Positions 36,271-50,019 are shown, counted from the first letter of the stretch. The stretch is DNA of 64,000 bases from Octopus sinensis (GCF_006345805.1 NC_043001.1:28086001-28150000); one strand, 5' to 3'. Notes: generated from the letters alone by a model not told the origin. Program-made: numbers and translations.

Positions 36271-36739
36271 ATTGAGATATTTTTCTGTATGTATCTATAG
36301 ACATGGAAGAATTCTGAAAGGAAGAATAACAAAAAGCAAGAAGTATATAATAAAGAACAAATATTATGGCAAAAAAGATATGTGCCAGAAACAGGATTAA
36401 ATTTGACATCGTTCTTTGGGAAGATAAATATTTCTTGATGCAGAATTCTGTTTTGAAAGCCACTTTTACGGTGCCAATAGTTATTTTGTGGAAGTGTTAG
36501 CCAGCCCTGTCATGTTTCTAAATACAAAAATGGAACAGAAATAATGCAGGAAAAGAGTGAAGATGTAAGGAAGCACTAACGTTATTCTTTAAATATAACT
36601 AAATCTCACTGCTCTAATACAGATATAAAAAAAAAGGAGAGACATGGGAAGAGAGAATAAAGAAAATCAGAAGAAATGATGTTAGAATTAAGGCATTCAA
36701 CCATGGAAATATTAATTGCAAAAACAAAATCTACCAACA

Positions 36740-37165
36740 AATAGAATTGTTAGAGCGTCGAACAAAATGCTTAGCGTCATTTTTCTCGACTCTTTTACAT
36801 TCCGAGTCAAATAACACCGAGGTCGACCTTGCCTTACATCCTTTTGGGATTGATAAAATAAGTGCCAGACTAGAACTGAGGTCGGCGTAATCGATTTACT
36901 CAGCTCCTCTCAAAATTGCAGGCCTTGTGCTAGCATTAGAATGTTTCATAATAATCCTTTCTACTATAGGCACAAGGCCTGAAATTGTGAGAGAGGGGTC
37001 ATGTCGATTACAACGACCCCAGTGCATAATGAGGCTTATTTCATCGACCGTGAAAGGATGAAATGTAAAGTCGACGTCGGTGGAATTTGAACGTAAGGAC
37101 GTAAGGACGGACGAAATGCCGTTAAGTATTTTGCTCGGCGCGCTAACGATTTTGCCAGCTCCAGC
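36740..37165. mobile_element. tail-to-tail pair of diverged Meta-type SINEs
   Basis: plus copy 36740-36930, minus copy 36955-37165; AGGCCTTGTGC...GGCACAAGGCCT at the junction. Confidence 0.7.
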
Positions 37166-37487
37166 TGGCAAATGGCGTTAATCGATACTATCCCCAGTAA
37201 TTGACTGGTGATATATAGTACTGATCTTAGGGGAAGGGGGAATATGGGGTATTAATGGTAAAGTTGACCACGGTGCGATTTGAACTCAAAACATAAAGAA
37301 TCGGAAATAATAAGTTTTTTTTTAGGTACAATGCATAGAATTGGGGGATAGGTAGATAATACCATTGACACTAGTAGTTGACTGGTAACTTATTTTAAGA
37401 CAGTAAGCTGAAAAAGCTGACTATGAAAGACTGATGCTTGTGCTGTGGAAACCTTGCATGCATTAATTCCAACTATTCTTATAAATG

Positions 37488-37800
37488 TGGAGGCGCAATG
37501 GCCCAGTGGTTAGGGAAGCGAACTCGCGGTCGGAGGATCGCGGTTTCGATTTCCAGACGGGGCGTTGTGTGTGTTTATTGAGCGAAAACACTTAAAAGCT
37601 CCACGAGGCTCCGGCAGGGATGTGGGGGCAACGACCCCTGTTGTACTCTTTCGCCACAACTTACTCTCACTCTCTCTTCTTGTTTCTTGAGTAACGCTGC
37701 AATGGACTGGCGTCCTGTCCAGCTGGGGGGAACACATACGCCTCAGAAACCGGGAAACCAAGCCCATGAGCCTGGCTAGGCTTTAAAAGGGCGACGTTTA
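37488..37800 (+). mobile_element. third tRNA-SINE family, tail type 1 (V-domain-like)
   Basis: head GGCGCAATGGCCCAGTGGTTAGG...GGTTTCGATT; tail GCAATGGACTGGCGTCCTGTCCAG resembles the V-SINE motif. Confidence 0.8.
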
Positions 37801-37830
37801 TCGTTTTTATTCTTATACATAACTACATTG

Positions 37831-37853
37831 TTTTTCTTTTCTTTCAGGTAAGC
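37831..37853 (+). promoter_or_regulatory. candidate recursive splice site (AG|GT)
   Basis: TTTTTCTTTTCTTTCAG|GTAAGC: strong acceptor directly fused to a strong donor. Confidence 0.4.
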
Positions 37854-38628
37854 TGATTTCTGACTGTTAAAAGAACACTTGAAAAGTTACTAGTAACGAC
37901 TTCTCTTGAATATGAATAAAATGTGGCATTGTGGTGTTATCAAGTACCTGCAGAATAAGGGTTTAGCCCCCACAAAACATTCATGCTGATATGGTTGATA
38001 CATTAAGGGATGGTACTCTAGCTTTATCCTGAAAGGATGACTCGATTTTGATTTGAACGGAATTTGAATTCAGAAAGTAAACAGCTAGAGTAAATGTCGC
38101 AAAGCACCTTCTCCGGTGCTCTGCCGATTCAGCTGTTCGATTGATAATAATTGTCTCTATCATAGGCTAAGGTTTGAAATATTAAGGAAGAGGCTTAGCC
38201 GATTGAGTCAACTCCCAGTACTTCACTGGCTTTACTTTATCAGTTCCAAGAAAGGAAAAGCAAAGTTCGTCTTAGTGTGTTTCGAACCCTGACTATAAAG
38301 AGTAAAAAAAAAACTAGTTATAACCCTGATATTCCGCCTTCCTCCAATATCGATTTCTAATAAGAGAAGACGATCTCAGATTTCGGATAATAAGTATACA
38401 GTAATTATATATATATCACTTTCTCTGTATTTGACTGCTAGTTCATTTTGCTGATTCTAGAGGGATGAAAGGAAAAGTTAAATTCGGCGGAATTTGAACT
38501 CAGATATAAAGGAACAAGAAATATTGCTACTCATCAGATTCGTTGTCGCAGAAACACGTGTCTCAAAGTTCAGTGACGTCATTCATAGCTCAGGGATGTG
38601 TTTCTAACACACATTGCCTATAAGAAGA

Positions 38629-39131
38629 ACCATAAATCTTTGAGTATAATACGCAGGGGATTTTTAGGGGGCTGTACCTCTGAAAAACCTAAACCTTGTG
38701 TATAATACGCACTCCTCTAACTTGAGTCGTGCGTAATTAAGCCAACAACAGATAGTCGAACAAATACTACCGCGCATGCGTAATACAATAATGGTGATGT
38801 TCTCAACTGTTATATGGGAATATAAATATGTTTGCAAATTGTTTTTGTTATATGTTATTCTGTGCTCTGAATACTTTTATTTTAATAAATGTTGCTTACT
38901 GTAAGTTATGGATGATTCTTTTATGACTTCATTGCTTTCGGGCTTAGCTTAAGGTATTTTCGCGCCCAACATCACAAAATGCGTCTGAATAAACATTGCC
39001 GGACAGCTTATAGAGACTCGGACATATTTTTCATTTTTAACCTAGTATATAGTACGCACTAGGGAATTTTACCATAAAATTTTCTTTTTTGGGTGGGGGG
39101 ATGCGGATTATACTCGAGGATGTATGTGGTA
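38629..39131. mobile_element. pogo/Tigger-like MITE
   Basis: left CCATAAATCTTTGAGTATAATACGCA and right TGCGGATTATACTCGAGGATGTATGTGGTA imperfect TIRs. Confidence 0.6.
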
Positions 39132-39709
39132 TCCCTTCCGAAACAATTTCTGCAGCGAAAGACTTCCTAGGTTTGAGTGCACCCGATCGTGTAAAATATA
39201 ATTGAACTCCCCTATATTTCAATCAACGCTGTTTAGTTTGCCTCTAGTTAATTAATTCTAGCTTGCCAACGCTTTGTTCGCACCAGCAACTTTATTATTT
39301 ACTGGTTAACTATGAGAACAACGGCTGTTTTAGTCGGCTCTAAGCGGCGGATTCAGTGTTTGTAGCTGATGAGGAGTAACAACACAAACGCACTCGTCCG
39401 ACGGTCCGATAATCGTTTCTAATTTTGCACGAGAGCAGAAATTTTGGAGGCGGTGTTTTGTCAATTATATCAACCTCATCACTTGATAAGTAACTTATTT
39501 TATCGACCCTGGGGGACGAAACGCGATGATGATCTCCGCGTGATTCGAATTCCCAACATAAAGAGGTAGAGGAAATACAGTATCACATTTTATCCGATGC
39601 TTTAACGATTCTGTCAATCTACAGTCTTGAATAATAGTTTTTGATTGGAGATTGAGGTCAGCAATTCTAAAGAGAACAGTTAGTTGAGACTATTTATTTT
39701 TATTTTCAA

Positions 39710-40001
39710 GCTTAGCCCTTTTCAAGCTTAGCCAGGCTCATGGGCCCGGTTTCCCGGTTTCTGTGGCGTATGTGTTCCCCCCAGTTGGACAGGATGCCAG
39801 TTCATCGCAGCGTTACTCAAGAAACAAGAAGAGAGAGTGAGAGAAAGTTGGGGCGAAAGAGCAGAACAGGGGTCGCGACTCCCTTCCCTGCCAGAGCGTC
39901 GTGGAGCTTTAGGTGTTTTCGCTCAATAAACACACACAACACCTGGTCTGCAAATCGAAGCCGCGATCCTCCGACCTAACCACTGGGCCATTGCGCCTCC
40001 A
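39710..40001 (-). mobile_element. third tRNA-SINE family, tail type 1
   Basis: reverse complement of 37488-37800 with a short head deletion. Confidence 0.85.
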
Positions 40002-41330
40002 CTGTTGAGACTATTAACGTCTGTATTTTCTGGTACGTTATTTTATCAACTCTGATAAAAAGGAAAGTAGACCTTGGCAGTGTTTGAACTCAGAACGTAA
40101 AGGCCTGTAAACACAGGCAGGCATTTTGTCCGACACTCTAACAATTCTGCCAAACCATTATTCTTAATGATAGCACAAATAATAATGTCTAACATAGACA
40201 CAAGGTAAAAGATTAAATCAACGGCACTATTTGACTAGTGTTTGTTTTACTGAGACCGAGAGGGATGACTAGCAAAATTGATTTTGATGATATTTGAATT
40301 GAAAACGTAAAGGGAGGTAACAGTATTTTTGTCCGTCGTACATCCAATTCCGTCATCCACTACCTTCTCGAAATCAACAATCACAGTATTAATAACATCG
40401 ACAATAACAACAACAGCAACAGTAACAAGATTAGCGAATGTATGAGATATTGATTGTTTTTCTTTTCCTTATTTTTCTTTTCTCTTATTTCTTCTGTTTT
40501 TGTTTTTACATTCTGAGGTTAATGAAATAACCTCATACGACAGGAGAAGGCTTCCAATAACATTTTGATATAATAATAGCATAATATGTTTGTTTTTCAT
40601 TTTGGTTTCTTGTTTATTTTGTTGAGGCGAAATAACTGCGGAGTTTACAGTTTACTCGTTAAAGATCAACGAAAATCTTATAAAAGACGAAAGGAATTTA
40701 ATTAAGAAAATTCTGGAAGAAAATATTGAAAAAGAAAGTCTCTTTCTTTTTTTTCATCATTGTTGCTATTTGTATATTAGTTTTTAAATTTTGTGTCATT
40801 ATTTTCTGAATTTTTTTTTTGTTATCATTTCTGTTAATATTATTATTAACGTTTATGTTGCTATTTTTTTTCCTTTTCTTTTTCTATTTTTTTTTCTTTC
40901 TTTACGTTATTTTTGAAAATTTTGTTTTTTTTAAATTTTAGAAATCGTGCTTTCTGTTCAGAACTTTCCGATTATTGGACAAATTGGTGAGATTCCAATA
41001 TAGAAATCGAGAAACTTCATTGGCTAATATGCTAATTCTTCATTGATCATATACTCCTGCATGCATACGCAAACACACATGCACGCATGCACACACACAC
41101 GCGCACACACACAACACACGCAAGAACACCCGAACTGTTAAGGGTTTCATGAAACTACAACAAAAAATATATAATAATTGGACATCTTAAAATGTTTCTT
41201 TTTAGTGAGGAATATTTATCAATAATTTATCTCTTGTTTACTGTTAAAGGATTTCAGAGTGAATCAAACATATATATATATACATACGTACATGCATACA
41301 CACACACACATATGTATATATACATGTATG

Positions 41331-41393
<63 letters not shown>

Positions 41394-41474
41394 TATATAT
41401 ATAATATATATGTATATGTATGTACATATATATATATGTACATATACATGCATATATGTATATATATATTTACG

Positions 41475-41505
<31 letters not shown>

Positions 41506-42146
41506 ATATCTATGTATATATATATTTACGTATATATATACATATATATATATAATATCTATGTATATATTATATATTATAATATATATATATATATGTA
41601 TGTACATATACATGTATATATGTATATATATTTGTGTGTATATATATACATATATATATAAATAATATATATATATATAAAACAGATGAAAAATATTTCG
41701 AATTATTTCAATATATCATCAGAATTTCCAGCATATATACATCTCTCGATTCAGAAGAATAAGCTGCTATTCAATATCTCAGCGATGAGCCCCATATCCT
41801 GATGTAAAGGACAGAGAAGAACCCAAACTATCTGTCAAATAGATCTATAGATGGAAGGTGTAAAGGTGTAAAGGAGAGGCAGACAGGAATAGGAAGTACA
41901 GAGAAAATGGAGACTACGAAGCTATGATACGATAAAAGAGATATAGTGATAGGGAGAGGGGGAGAGAGAGAGAGATAGAAGGAGAGTGAGAGAGAGATTG
42001 CAACGGAGAAAGAGAGAAAGAGAATAAGAGAGAGAGAGAGTATCGGGTGAGTGGATGGAAGGAGAGGAGATAGATAAGTGACTGAGATTGCCAGTATAGC
42101 TATATATATATATATATATACATATAATATATTATATATATTATAT

Positions 42147-42215
<69 letters not shown>

Positions 42216-42745
42216 GTATATATTATATATATATATATACATATTATACACACACCACATATATATATATACACACATACATAAATATAAAAATGGAACA
42301 AAAGCGCAATAGAGGACATTATATATATATATATTATATATATATATATATATAGATATATATATAATATATATGCATACATATACAATGTACATACATA
42401 CATTCATAAATTCATTATATATACATGCATATGTATATCATACATATTATATATTACTATATTACAATATATTATATTGTATTCTATATATATATATATA
42501 TATATACATATATATACATATATCTTTGTTAGAAAAACAGTATAGAAAGAACAAATAGAAAGGAGAAATAAAGATTAAGTGAAGAAAAAGAAGAAAAGAG
42601 AAAGATAGTGAGAGAAACAGAAAGAAGGAAGGAAAGAAAAGGGAAAGTGAGAGAGCGAACGATTGAAGGAAAATAAATAGAAACATGTTGATAGAAAAGT
42701 AAAAGTATAGAACACGCGAAAGGAAAATAATTTCATTGAATATAT

Positions 42746-43110
42746 TGGCGCAGGAGTGGCTGTGTGGCAAGACGCTTGCTTTCCAACCACATGGTTCTGG
42801 GTTCACTCCCACTGCGTGTCACCTTGGGCATGTGTCTTCTACTATAGCCTCAGGCCGACCGAAGTCTTGTGAGTGGATCTGGTTGACGGAAACTGAAAGA
42901 ACCCGTCATATATATATATATAATATATATATAGATGTGTGTGTGTATATATATGTGTGTATATATGTATATATTTGTATATATATAATATATATATATA
43001 TGATGTGTGTGTATATATATGTGTGTATATATGTATATATTTGTATATATATAAAAATATATATATATGTATATATGTATTATGTATGTATATATATATA
43101 TATATATAAT

Positions 43111-43154
<44 letters not shown>

Positions 43155-44270
43155 ATATATATCAGAGACCTGGGTGTAATTGTTGATGACGATCTCAGTT
43201 GGAGTGGACACATCAACAATAAGGTCGATATAGCTCGTAGATGAGTTCCTGGATCTTAAGAAGTTTCCGGGCCAGAGAACAAGGTGTCATCATACCACTT
43301 TTCTCCTCCTTTATACGGCCACACCTCGAATACTGCTGCCCACTGTGGTCTCCCCATACAAGACAAAATATCTCGAGGATTAAATCACCCCAGAGGGCAC
43401 TCACTAAACGAATTGAAGGCATGGCTGCTCTCGATTAATGGGATCGCCTTAAAGCCTTGAAACTCTACTCTCTCCAGCGTCGCCGTGAGCGGTACATCAT
43501 TTGTACGATGTGGAGAATATACCGCCAACTTTGCCCAAACGACCTGAACATTAGCTTCAAGGTTCATCCAAGACTGGGACTACGGGCCATACGTCCCCTG
43601 CCCAATTCAAGATCACAGCATACACGTACACTGCAACATAATTTCTTTTCCTCAACAGGCCCTGCCCTATTTAACATTGTCCCGAAAGAGATCAAAGAAG
43701 AAAAGGATCCCATCAACTCTAAACGGAGTCTGGATAGATTCCTTCAAGGAATACCAGATAAGCCACCCATAATTGGATACAACTCACCCAACAAAAACTC
43801 TCTACTTGAATGGACCATGAACAAAACTTGACTTAAACAGGATTCAGATAATCCTATCAGGTGGTGCTATTAAGTTAGACATGGCCTGGACCAATCTTTG
43901 GTCGAAACATATCTAAGTTTATCTAAGTTTATGTATGTCTGTATGAGTTATGTTATTCAATAAATAGATATAATGGAATGTTTACTGGTTGATGTTTGTC
44001 GATTTTATATCCTCTCCATTTTCTTTTTTGCCTGATATGTCTGTGTATGTGTGTGTGTATGTATTTGTTATTTGTGTCTGTGTTTGTCCCCCTCCCATCG
44101 CTTGAAACAAATGTTGGTGTGTTTGCGTCCCCATCACTTAGCGGTTCGGCGAAAGGAGACCAATAGAACAAGTACTAGGCTTCACAAAGGGGTTGATTTG
44201 TTCAACTAAAGATTGTGCTCCAGCATGGCCGCAGTCAAATGACTGAAACAAGTAAAAGAATAAAAGAATA
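42746..44270 (+). mobile_element. CORE-like SINE split by CR1 (head 42746-42910, tail 44040-44270)
   Basis: head and tail of the family flank an expanded TA tract and a CR1 fragment. Confidence 0.8.
43165..43930 (+). mobile_element. CR1-group LINE 3' fragment (family B)
   Basis: FIRPHLEYCCPLWSPH; KLYSLQRRRERYII; FSSTGPALFNIVP; (TATCTAAGTT)n tail. Confidence 0.9.
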
Positions 44271-44482
44271 TGATAGAGATAAAGCGAAATGTCTTCAGAG
44301 AAAGAAAAAGAAAAGAAGATAAAACAAGAAAGACGAAATGGTGATAATTTTGAAGAAAGCGATCTAAAACCGAGTCGGTGTAAGATATCGTCTTTAGTCG
44401 ATTAAACTGCTAGAGATATTAGTCAATGTACCCTCAAGGCGAATACTACTCTTCATGTTGGATGGTTCAGTGCATATATCTT

Positions 44483-44872
44483 TTCTACTCTAGGCGCAAG
44501 GCCCGAAATTTTGAGGGAGGGGGCCAGTCGATTGGACCAACTTCAGTACGCATCAGGTACTTAACTTATCGACCCCGAAAGGATGAAAGGTAAAGTCGAC
44601 CTCGGCGGAATTTGAACTCAGAACGTAAAGACAGATGAAATATCGCTCAGCATTTCGCGCGGCGTGCTAACGTTTCCTATTTCTTTATTGCCCACGAGGG
44701 GCTAAACATAGAAGGGACAAACAAGTGCGTAACTGGTACTTAATTTATCGACCCCCAAAGGATGAAAGGCAAAGTCGACTTCGGCGGAATTTGAACTCAG
44801 AATGTAAAGTCAGACGAAATACAGCTAAGCATTTCGCCCAGTGTGCTAACGTTTCTACCAGCTCGCCGCCCC
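44483..44872 (-). mobile_element. Meta-type SINE multimer with internal deletion
   Basis: two head-body units joined through tail B, ending in tail A. Confidence 0.85.
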
Positions 44873-45314
44873 TAGATCAATGCATATATATACTACAAAA
44901 CTATTGTATTGAGTGCTTAAACAGGATGCAGATATGCTCCGGATGAGGCACCTTTTATTGTAGTTATGTTCAATCAAGGATGGCCTGGAACTGGACAACA
45001 CCAAAAACAGCAACAACAGAGAAGTCTTAGGAGTCGTTGAGAGTTCGTGGAAGTCGTGGGAAGTCATTGGGATCATTGAGAGTTTGTATTTATTGAAGTA
45101 TCTTGTTTAGTGTGGAGTAATTTGAAGTACGTCATGTGTCGCCGTTCGTTGAATCTGTATATCCAACGCATAGAAAGCTATAACAATGGTGATGAGTTTA
45201 TTCGAAGCTTACGACAGACGTTAACATTTTCTTTTAATACAAAATCAAGGAAAAAATATTTAACATGGAAGACTTACTATCCTTCGTGGTGCAGCCGCAA
45301 CAGATACAGCAAAG

Positions 45315-45750
45315 TGGAGGCGCAATGGCCCAATGGTTAGGGCAGCGGACTTGCGGTCGGAGGATCGCTGTTTCGATTCCCAGACCGGGCGTTGTGTGTG
45401 TTTATTGAGCGAAAACACCTAAAGCTCCACGAGGCTCCGGCAGGGGTGGGGAGTGGTGACCCCTGTTGTACTCTTTCGCCCCAACTTTCTCTCACTCTTC
45501 CTTCCTGCTTCTTGTCCCCGACTTCCTACGCAACCGCTGAGCCTAGATGCGCATTTATCTATCTGTCGATGCTCTCGGTTGACCTGCTTTCTTTTCTGCG
45601 GGTCTTACGAATAGCAAAGGACCACGTTTCGGACTTCTCCCATCTTGCGAGCTCTGGGACGAAGACCGTTCGCTCAACAGCAACAGCAACAGAAACACCA
45701 ACAACAGTTACAACAGCGATTACAGCAACAGCAGCTATCATGGCTGTCGT
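45315..45750 (+). mobile_element. third tRNA-SINE family, tail type 2, with CAA/CAG tail
   Basis: family head; tail GACTTCCTACGCAACCGCTGAGCC...GGACCACGTTTCGGACTTCTCCC; possible TSD TACAGCAAAGT on both sides. Confidence 0.85.
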
Positions 45751-46319
45751 ACAGCAAAGTCTAGGAAATTTGGTGCTCCGTATTGAAAAAGTGTTTGTAA
45801 TCTTTTCGGCATTCTAAGGCCCCGTCTTTCAATTTCTGTCGTTACCATTATATTTCGGAGATTGTCTGGATTGTGCAGATAGTATTTTTGTATAGAAACA
45901 CCCCATGTTTTGCAGGCAGTGCGCCTAATTTATTTTTGAATTTTAACTGCTTTCGGCAAAGACAAATATTTCGCAATTTTCTACAATTTTTTAAAAAAAA
46001 TATGACGGATGAAGAAAACATCATAAAGTTCGATAAAGCGACGCGCTCCTTGTTAATAAATTTTGAGAACAAGGAAAGAAATGAGAATACCAACATCGAA
46101 TGGTTTAAACTTAATGTCATTAACGGAGCGAAAAATGCTTCGTCTCCAAGCAATGTCACAACTTTAGGTGTCGACAAAGACAATAACAAAAACAACAGCA
46201 GTGACAGTAGCAGCAGCTCAGTGACAACAGCAGCAGCAGCAGTAGTGACAGCAGCAGCAGCAGCAGTGGTAGCAGCAACAACAACAACAGCAGCAGCAGT
46301 GACAATAGCAGCAGCTCAG

Positions 46320-46690
46320 TGGAGGCGCAATGGTCCAGTGGTTAGGACAGCGGACTCGCGGTCGGAGGATCGCGGTTTCGATTCCCAGACCGAGCTTGTG
46401 TGTGTTTATTGAGTGAAAACACCTAAAGTTCCACGAGGCTCCGGCAGGGAGTGGTGGCGACCCCCGTTGTACTCTTTCGCTCCAACTTTCTCTCACTCTT
46501 TCTTCCTTTTTCTTGTCCCCGACTTCCTACGCAACCGCTGAGCCTGGATGCGCATTCATCCATCCGTCGATGCCCTCGGTGTCGGGGGTTGACCTGCTTT
46601 CTCTTCTGCGGATCTTACGAATAGCAAAGGACCACGTTTCGGACTTCTCCCACGAGCGAACTCAACAAACAAACAACAACAACAAACCAA
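46320..46690 (+). mobile_element. third tRNA-SINE family, tail type 2
   Basis: homologous to 45315-45650; (CAA)n-like tail; preceded by a CAG repeat. Confidence 0.85.
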
Positions 46691-47153
46691 AAACAACTGA
46701 GCAAAAGAACCAAAATGGAGTCTTTTACGTCATGCCCCCCCTCCGACCACGACTAATTTCTAACAATCTAATCTCACATCATGCTTTACTGTTTTTTCTG
46801 TATTCTTTATTTTATTTATTTTTATTTTTGTGTCAAAGAAAGTAATCACTTCGTAATGCTGTTTTATATATACTATGCCAGGGGAAAAAAGACGGCTTGA
46901 TCAAGGCCGGAACGCCTTTTGGTCGTCATACATATGCTTAATCTGAAGAAAAGAATTCAAGGAAGGAAAGGAAGGAATAAAGAAGGGAAGGAAGGAACAA
47001 TGAACAAAAGGAAGGGAGAAATGAAGGAGGAAAGGTTTCAGCTGGAGACATGACTCGAACGCGTTTCACCTGGTTGGAATGATTGCTAAATACATTCAAA
47101 GGCCAAGAAGTAGAATTAAACAGGTTGCCAGATTTGCCTACCACCAAAATAGT

Positions 47154-47975
47154 ATATGGTGGGATTTAGACTCAGAATACAAATAACTGGATCGAATACC
47201 ACTAGTCATCCGATCCAACGTTCTTACAGCTCCTCCAGTTTAACAGCCGTTTATTTTATTGGCCCTCAAAAGGTTGAAAAATAACAATGCTTTCGGCGTA
47301 ATTTGAACACGGATTGCAGAGATTTGGAACAAAAACCACGAGGCTTTCTAACCTTCATATTATAGGCACCGGAGGCGCAATGGCCCAGTAGTTAGGGCAG
47401 CGGACTCGCGGTCGTAGGATCGCGGTTTCGATTCCCAGACCGGGCGTTGTGAGTGTTTATTGAGCGAAAACACCCAAAGCTTCACGAGGCTCCGGCAGGG
47501 ATGGTAGTAATCCCTGCTGTACTCTTTCACCACAACTTTCTCTCACTCTTACTTCCTGTTTCTGTTGTACCTGTATTTCAAAGGGCCGGCCTTGTCACTC
47601 CCTGTGTCACGCTGAATATCCCCGAGAACTACGTTAAGGGTACATGTGTCTGTGGAGTGCTCAGCCACTTACACGTTAATTTCACGAGCAGGCTGTTCCG
47701 TTGATCGGATTAACCGGAACCCTCGTCGTCGTAACCGACGGAGTGCTTCCATTCCATCCATATGGTGGGATTTAGACTCAGAATACAAATAACTGGATCG
47801 AATACCACTAGTCATCCGATCCAACGTTCTTACAGCTCCTCCAGTTTAACAGCCGTTTATTTTATTGGCCCTCAAAAGGTTGAAAAATAACGATGCTTTC
47901 GGCGTAATGTGAACACGGATTGCAGAGATTTGGAACAAAAACCACAAGGCTTTCTAACCTTCATATTATAGGCAC
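47154..47975 (+). mobile_element. third tRNA-SINE family, tail type 3 (47371-47759), flanked by a 216-bp direct duplication
   Basis: 47154-47369 and 47760-47975 differ at about 3 positions; tail ends GTCGTCGTAACCGACGGAGTGC then TTCCATTCCATCCA. Confidence 0.9.
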
Positions 47976-48358
47976 AAGGCCTGAAATTTGGAGGGAGGTG
48001 GGGCCAAGTCGATTAGATCGACCCTAGTACGCAACTGCTACTTAATTTATCGACCCTGAAAGGATGAAAGGGAAAGTCGACATCGGCGGAATTTGAACTC
48101 AGAATGTAAAAACAGGCGAAATACCTATTTCTTTACTACCCACAAGGGGCTAAACACAGAGGAAACAAAGAAGGACAGACAAACGGATTAAGTCGATTAT
48201 ATCGACCCCAGTGCGTAACTGGTACTTATTTAATCGACTCCGAAAGGATGAAAGGCAAAGTCGACTTCGGCAGAATTTGAACTCAGAACGTAGCTGCAGA
48301 CGAAAATACCGCAAAGAATTTCGCCCGGCGCACTAACGTTTCTGCCAGCTCGCCGCCT
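47970..48358 (-). mobile_element. Meta-type SINE dimer
   Basis: head, tail B, re-entry at GAAATAGGTATTTCG, tail A. Confidence 0.9.
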
Positions 48359-48559
48359 TCAGGCACATCCCTCTAATGATCCTGCTAATTCGTTCTGAAA
48401 CTGAAAAAAAAAATCTCTAACTGAGCAACTACCGTTAAATGTGTTTATAGGATTCTTTCGAAATATAACTAGATTTTCTTATATTTTCTGCATATGTGTA
48501 CGTATTTCCACCGCTTATATTTTCTGCATATATGTACGTATAACCTATTTGCATATGGG

Positions 48560-48595
<36 letters not shown>

Positions 48596-49419
48596 ACATG
48601 TATATGGGTATATATATTGGTATATATATGTGTGTGTCTATATATACATGCATATACATATATGTGTATATATATGAGTGTATGAATACACACTCACTCA
48701 TGCACATACATACACACGTGTACGCGCACTGACGCACAAACACATGCATATATATATTTGGTTAAATTATTTTGAATTAAAAAATATAGAGTATGGGGCA
48801 AATATATAGTCACTGCAGTTCAATGTTCATCGGTTATGTCTGATTAATTTCTCAGGCAGAGAATCAAACAAACGAAAGCAAGTAAATACGAGCTAATCAA
48901 TTTTAGTAGCCATAGTGATGAGATTCGGAAAACGTAATTAAAATACTTGCCAAGGTGCGCGACAATGTCAGCAAAATCGATAAGGAGATATCGGAAGGGG
49001 TCACCGAACTAGATTTCTCAATCTCGCTATGGTCGTTCAAGACAATTAGTTCCTTGCACTAATTTCCATAGGAGTTTGTGAAAAAAAAAAAAAATAAAGT
49101 AAAACTAAATGATACGCAATATAGCAATAGCCAATTCTGGCGTTTAAATCCTGTTTTATGGGACGTCTAATCTTAAACGTTCTTGTCCTTTGGTTCATTT
49201 TAATTATGCATTGCAAACTGAACAAATTAGAAGGAGATGAAAGACATAAACAATCTTATTCATGAAGCAATTTGGAAATAGCAGTGCTTTTATATACATA
49301 TTTGCCACGGTGTTTTATGATAGATTATAGCTAAGGTCTTAGAACATGAGAAATGTTTGATAAACATTCAGTATGTATGAATAGGTAATTTGTTGAAGGA
49401 ACTAAAGTTGTTTTCACAT

Positions 49420-49428
49420 CTATCTATC

Positions 49429-49518
<90 letters not shown>

Positions 49519-49927
49519 ATTTCTTTATTGCCCACAAGGGGCTAAATATAGAGGGGACAAACAAGGACAGACAAACGGATTAAGTCGATTACATCGACCC
49601 CAGTGCGCAAGTGGTACTTAATTTATCGACCTTGAAAGGGTGAAAGGCAGAGTCGACCTCGACGGAATTTGAACTCAGAACGTAACAGCAGACGAAATAC
49701 CTATTTCTGTATTACCCACAAGGGGCTAAACACAGAGGGGAGAAACAAGGACAGACAAATGGATTAAGTCGATTACATCGACCCCAGTGCGTAACTGGTA
49801 CTTATTTAATCGACCCCGAAAGGATGAAAGGCAAAGTTGACCTGGGCGGAATTTGAACTCAGAACGTAACGGCAGACGAAATACCGTTTAGCATTTCGCT
49901 CGGCGCGCTAACGTTTCTGCCAGCTCA
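49420..49927 (-). mobile_element. Meta-type SINE dimer (49517-49927) abutting (CTAT)n
   Basis: two tail-B units with the same re-entry junction; tail ends at a GATA microsatellite. Confidence 0.9.
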
Positions 49928-50019
49928 CTAGTCACTTTTGCCTTGTGCACACACACACCGCATATATATATGCCTGAGCTTTTTAAGTCGATTCCAATAG
50001 TCAAGGCTAATCAATACAT

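Larger units (their letters stand above)
37990..40350 (-). mobile_element. cluster of old, degenerate Meta-type SINE remnants
   Basis: repeated degraded CCTGAAAGGATGA / GAATTTGAACTCAG motifs near 38030, 38460, 39500, 40080, 40300. Confidence 0.6.

Noticed and set aside
35525-36463. 312-aa ORF
   Set aside because: Read-through of ATT/CAT repeats
37490-37570. tRNA-like sequences in SINE heads
   Set aside because: Box A/B present but no complete cloverleaf, and each continues into a SINE body; not called as tRNA genes
41690-41730. Minus-strand CTGATGA...GAAA hammerhead-like motif
   Set aside because: Core present but stems I and II do not pair convincingly in very AT-rich sequence
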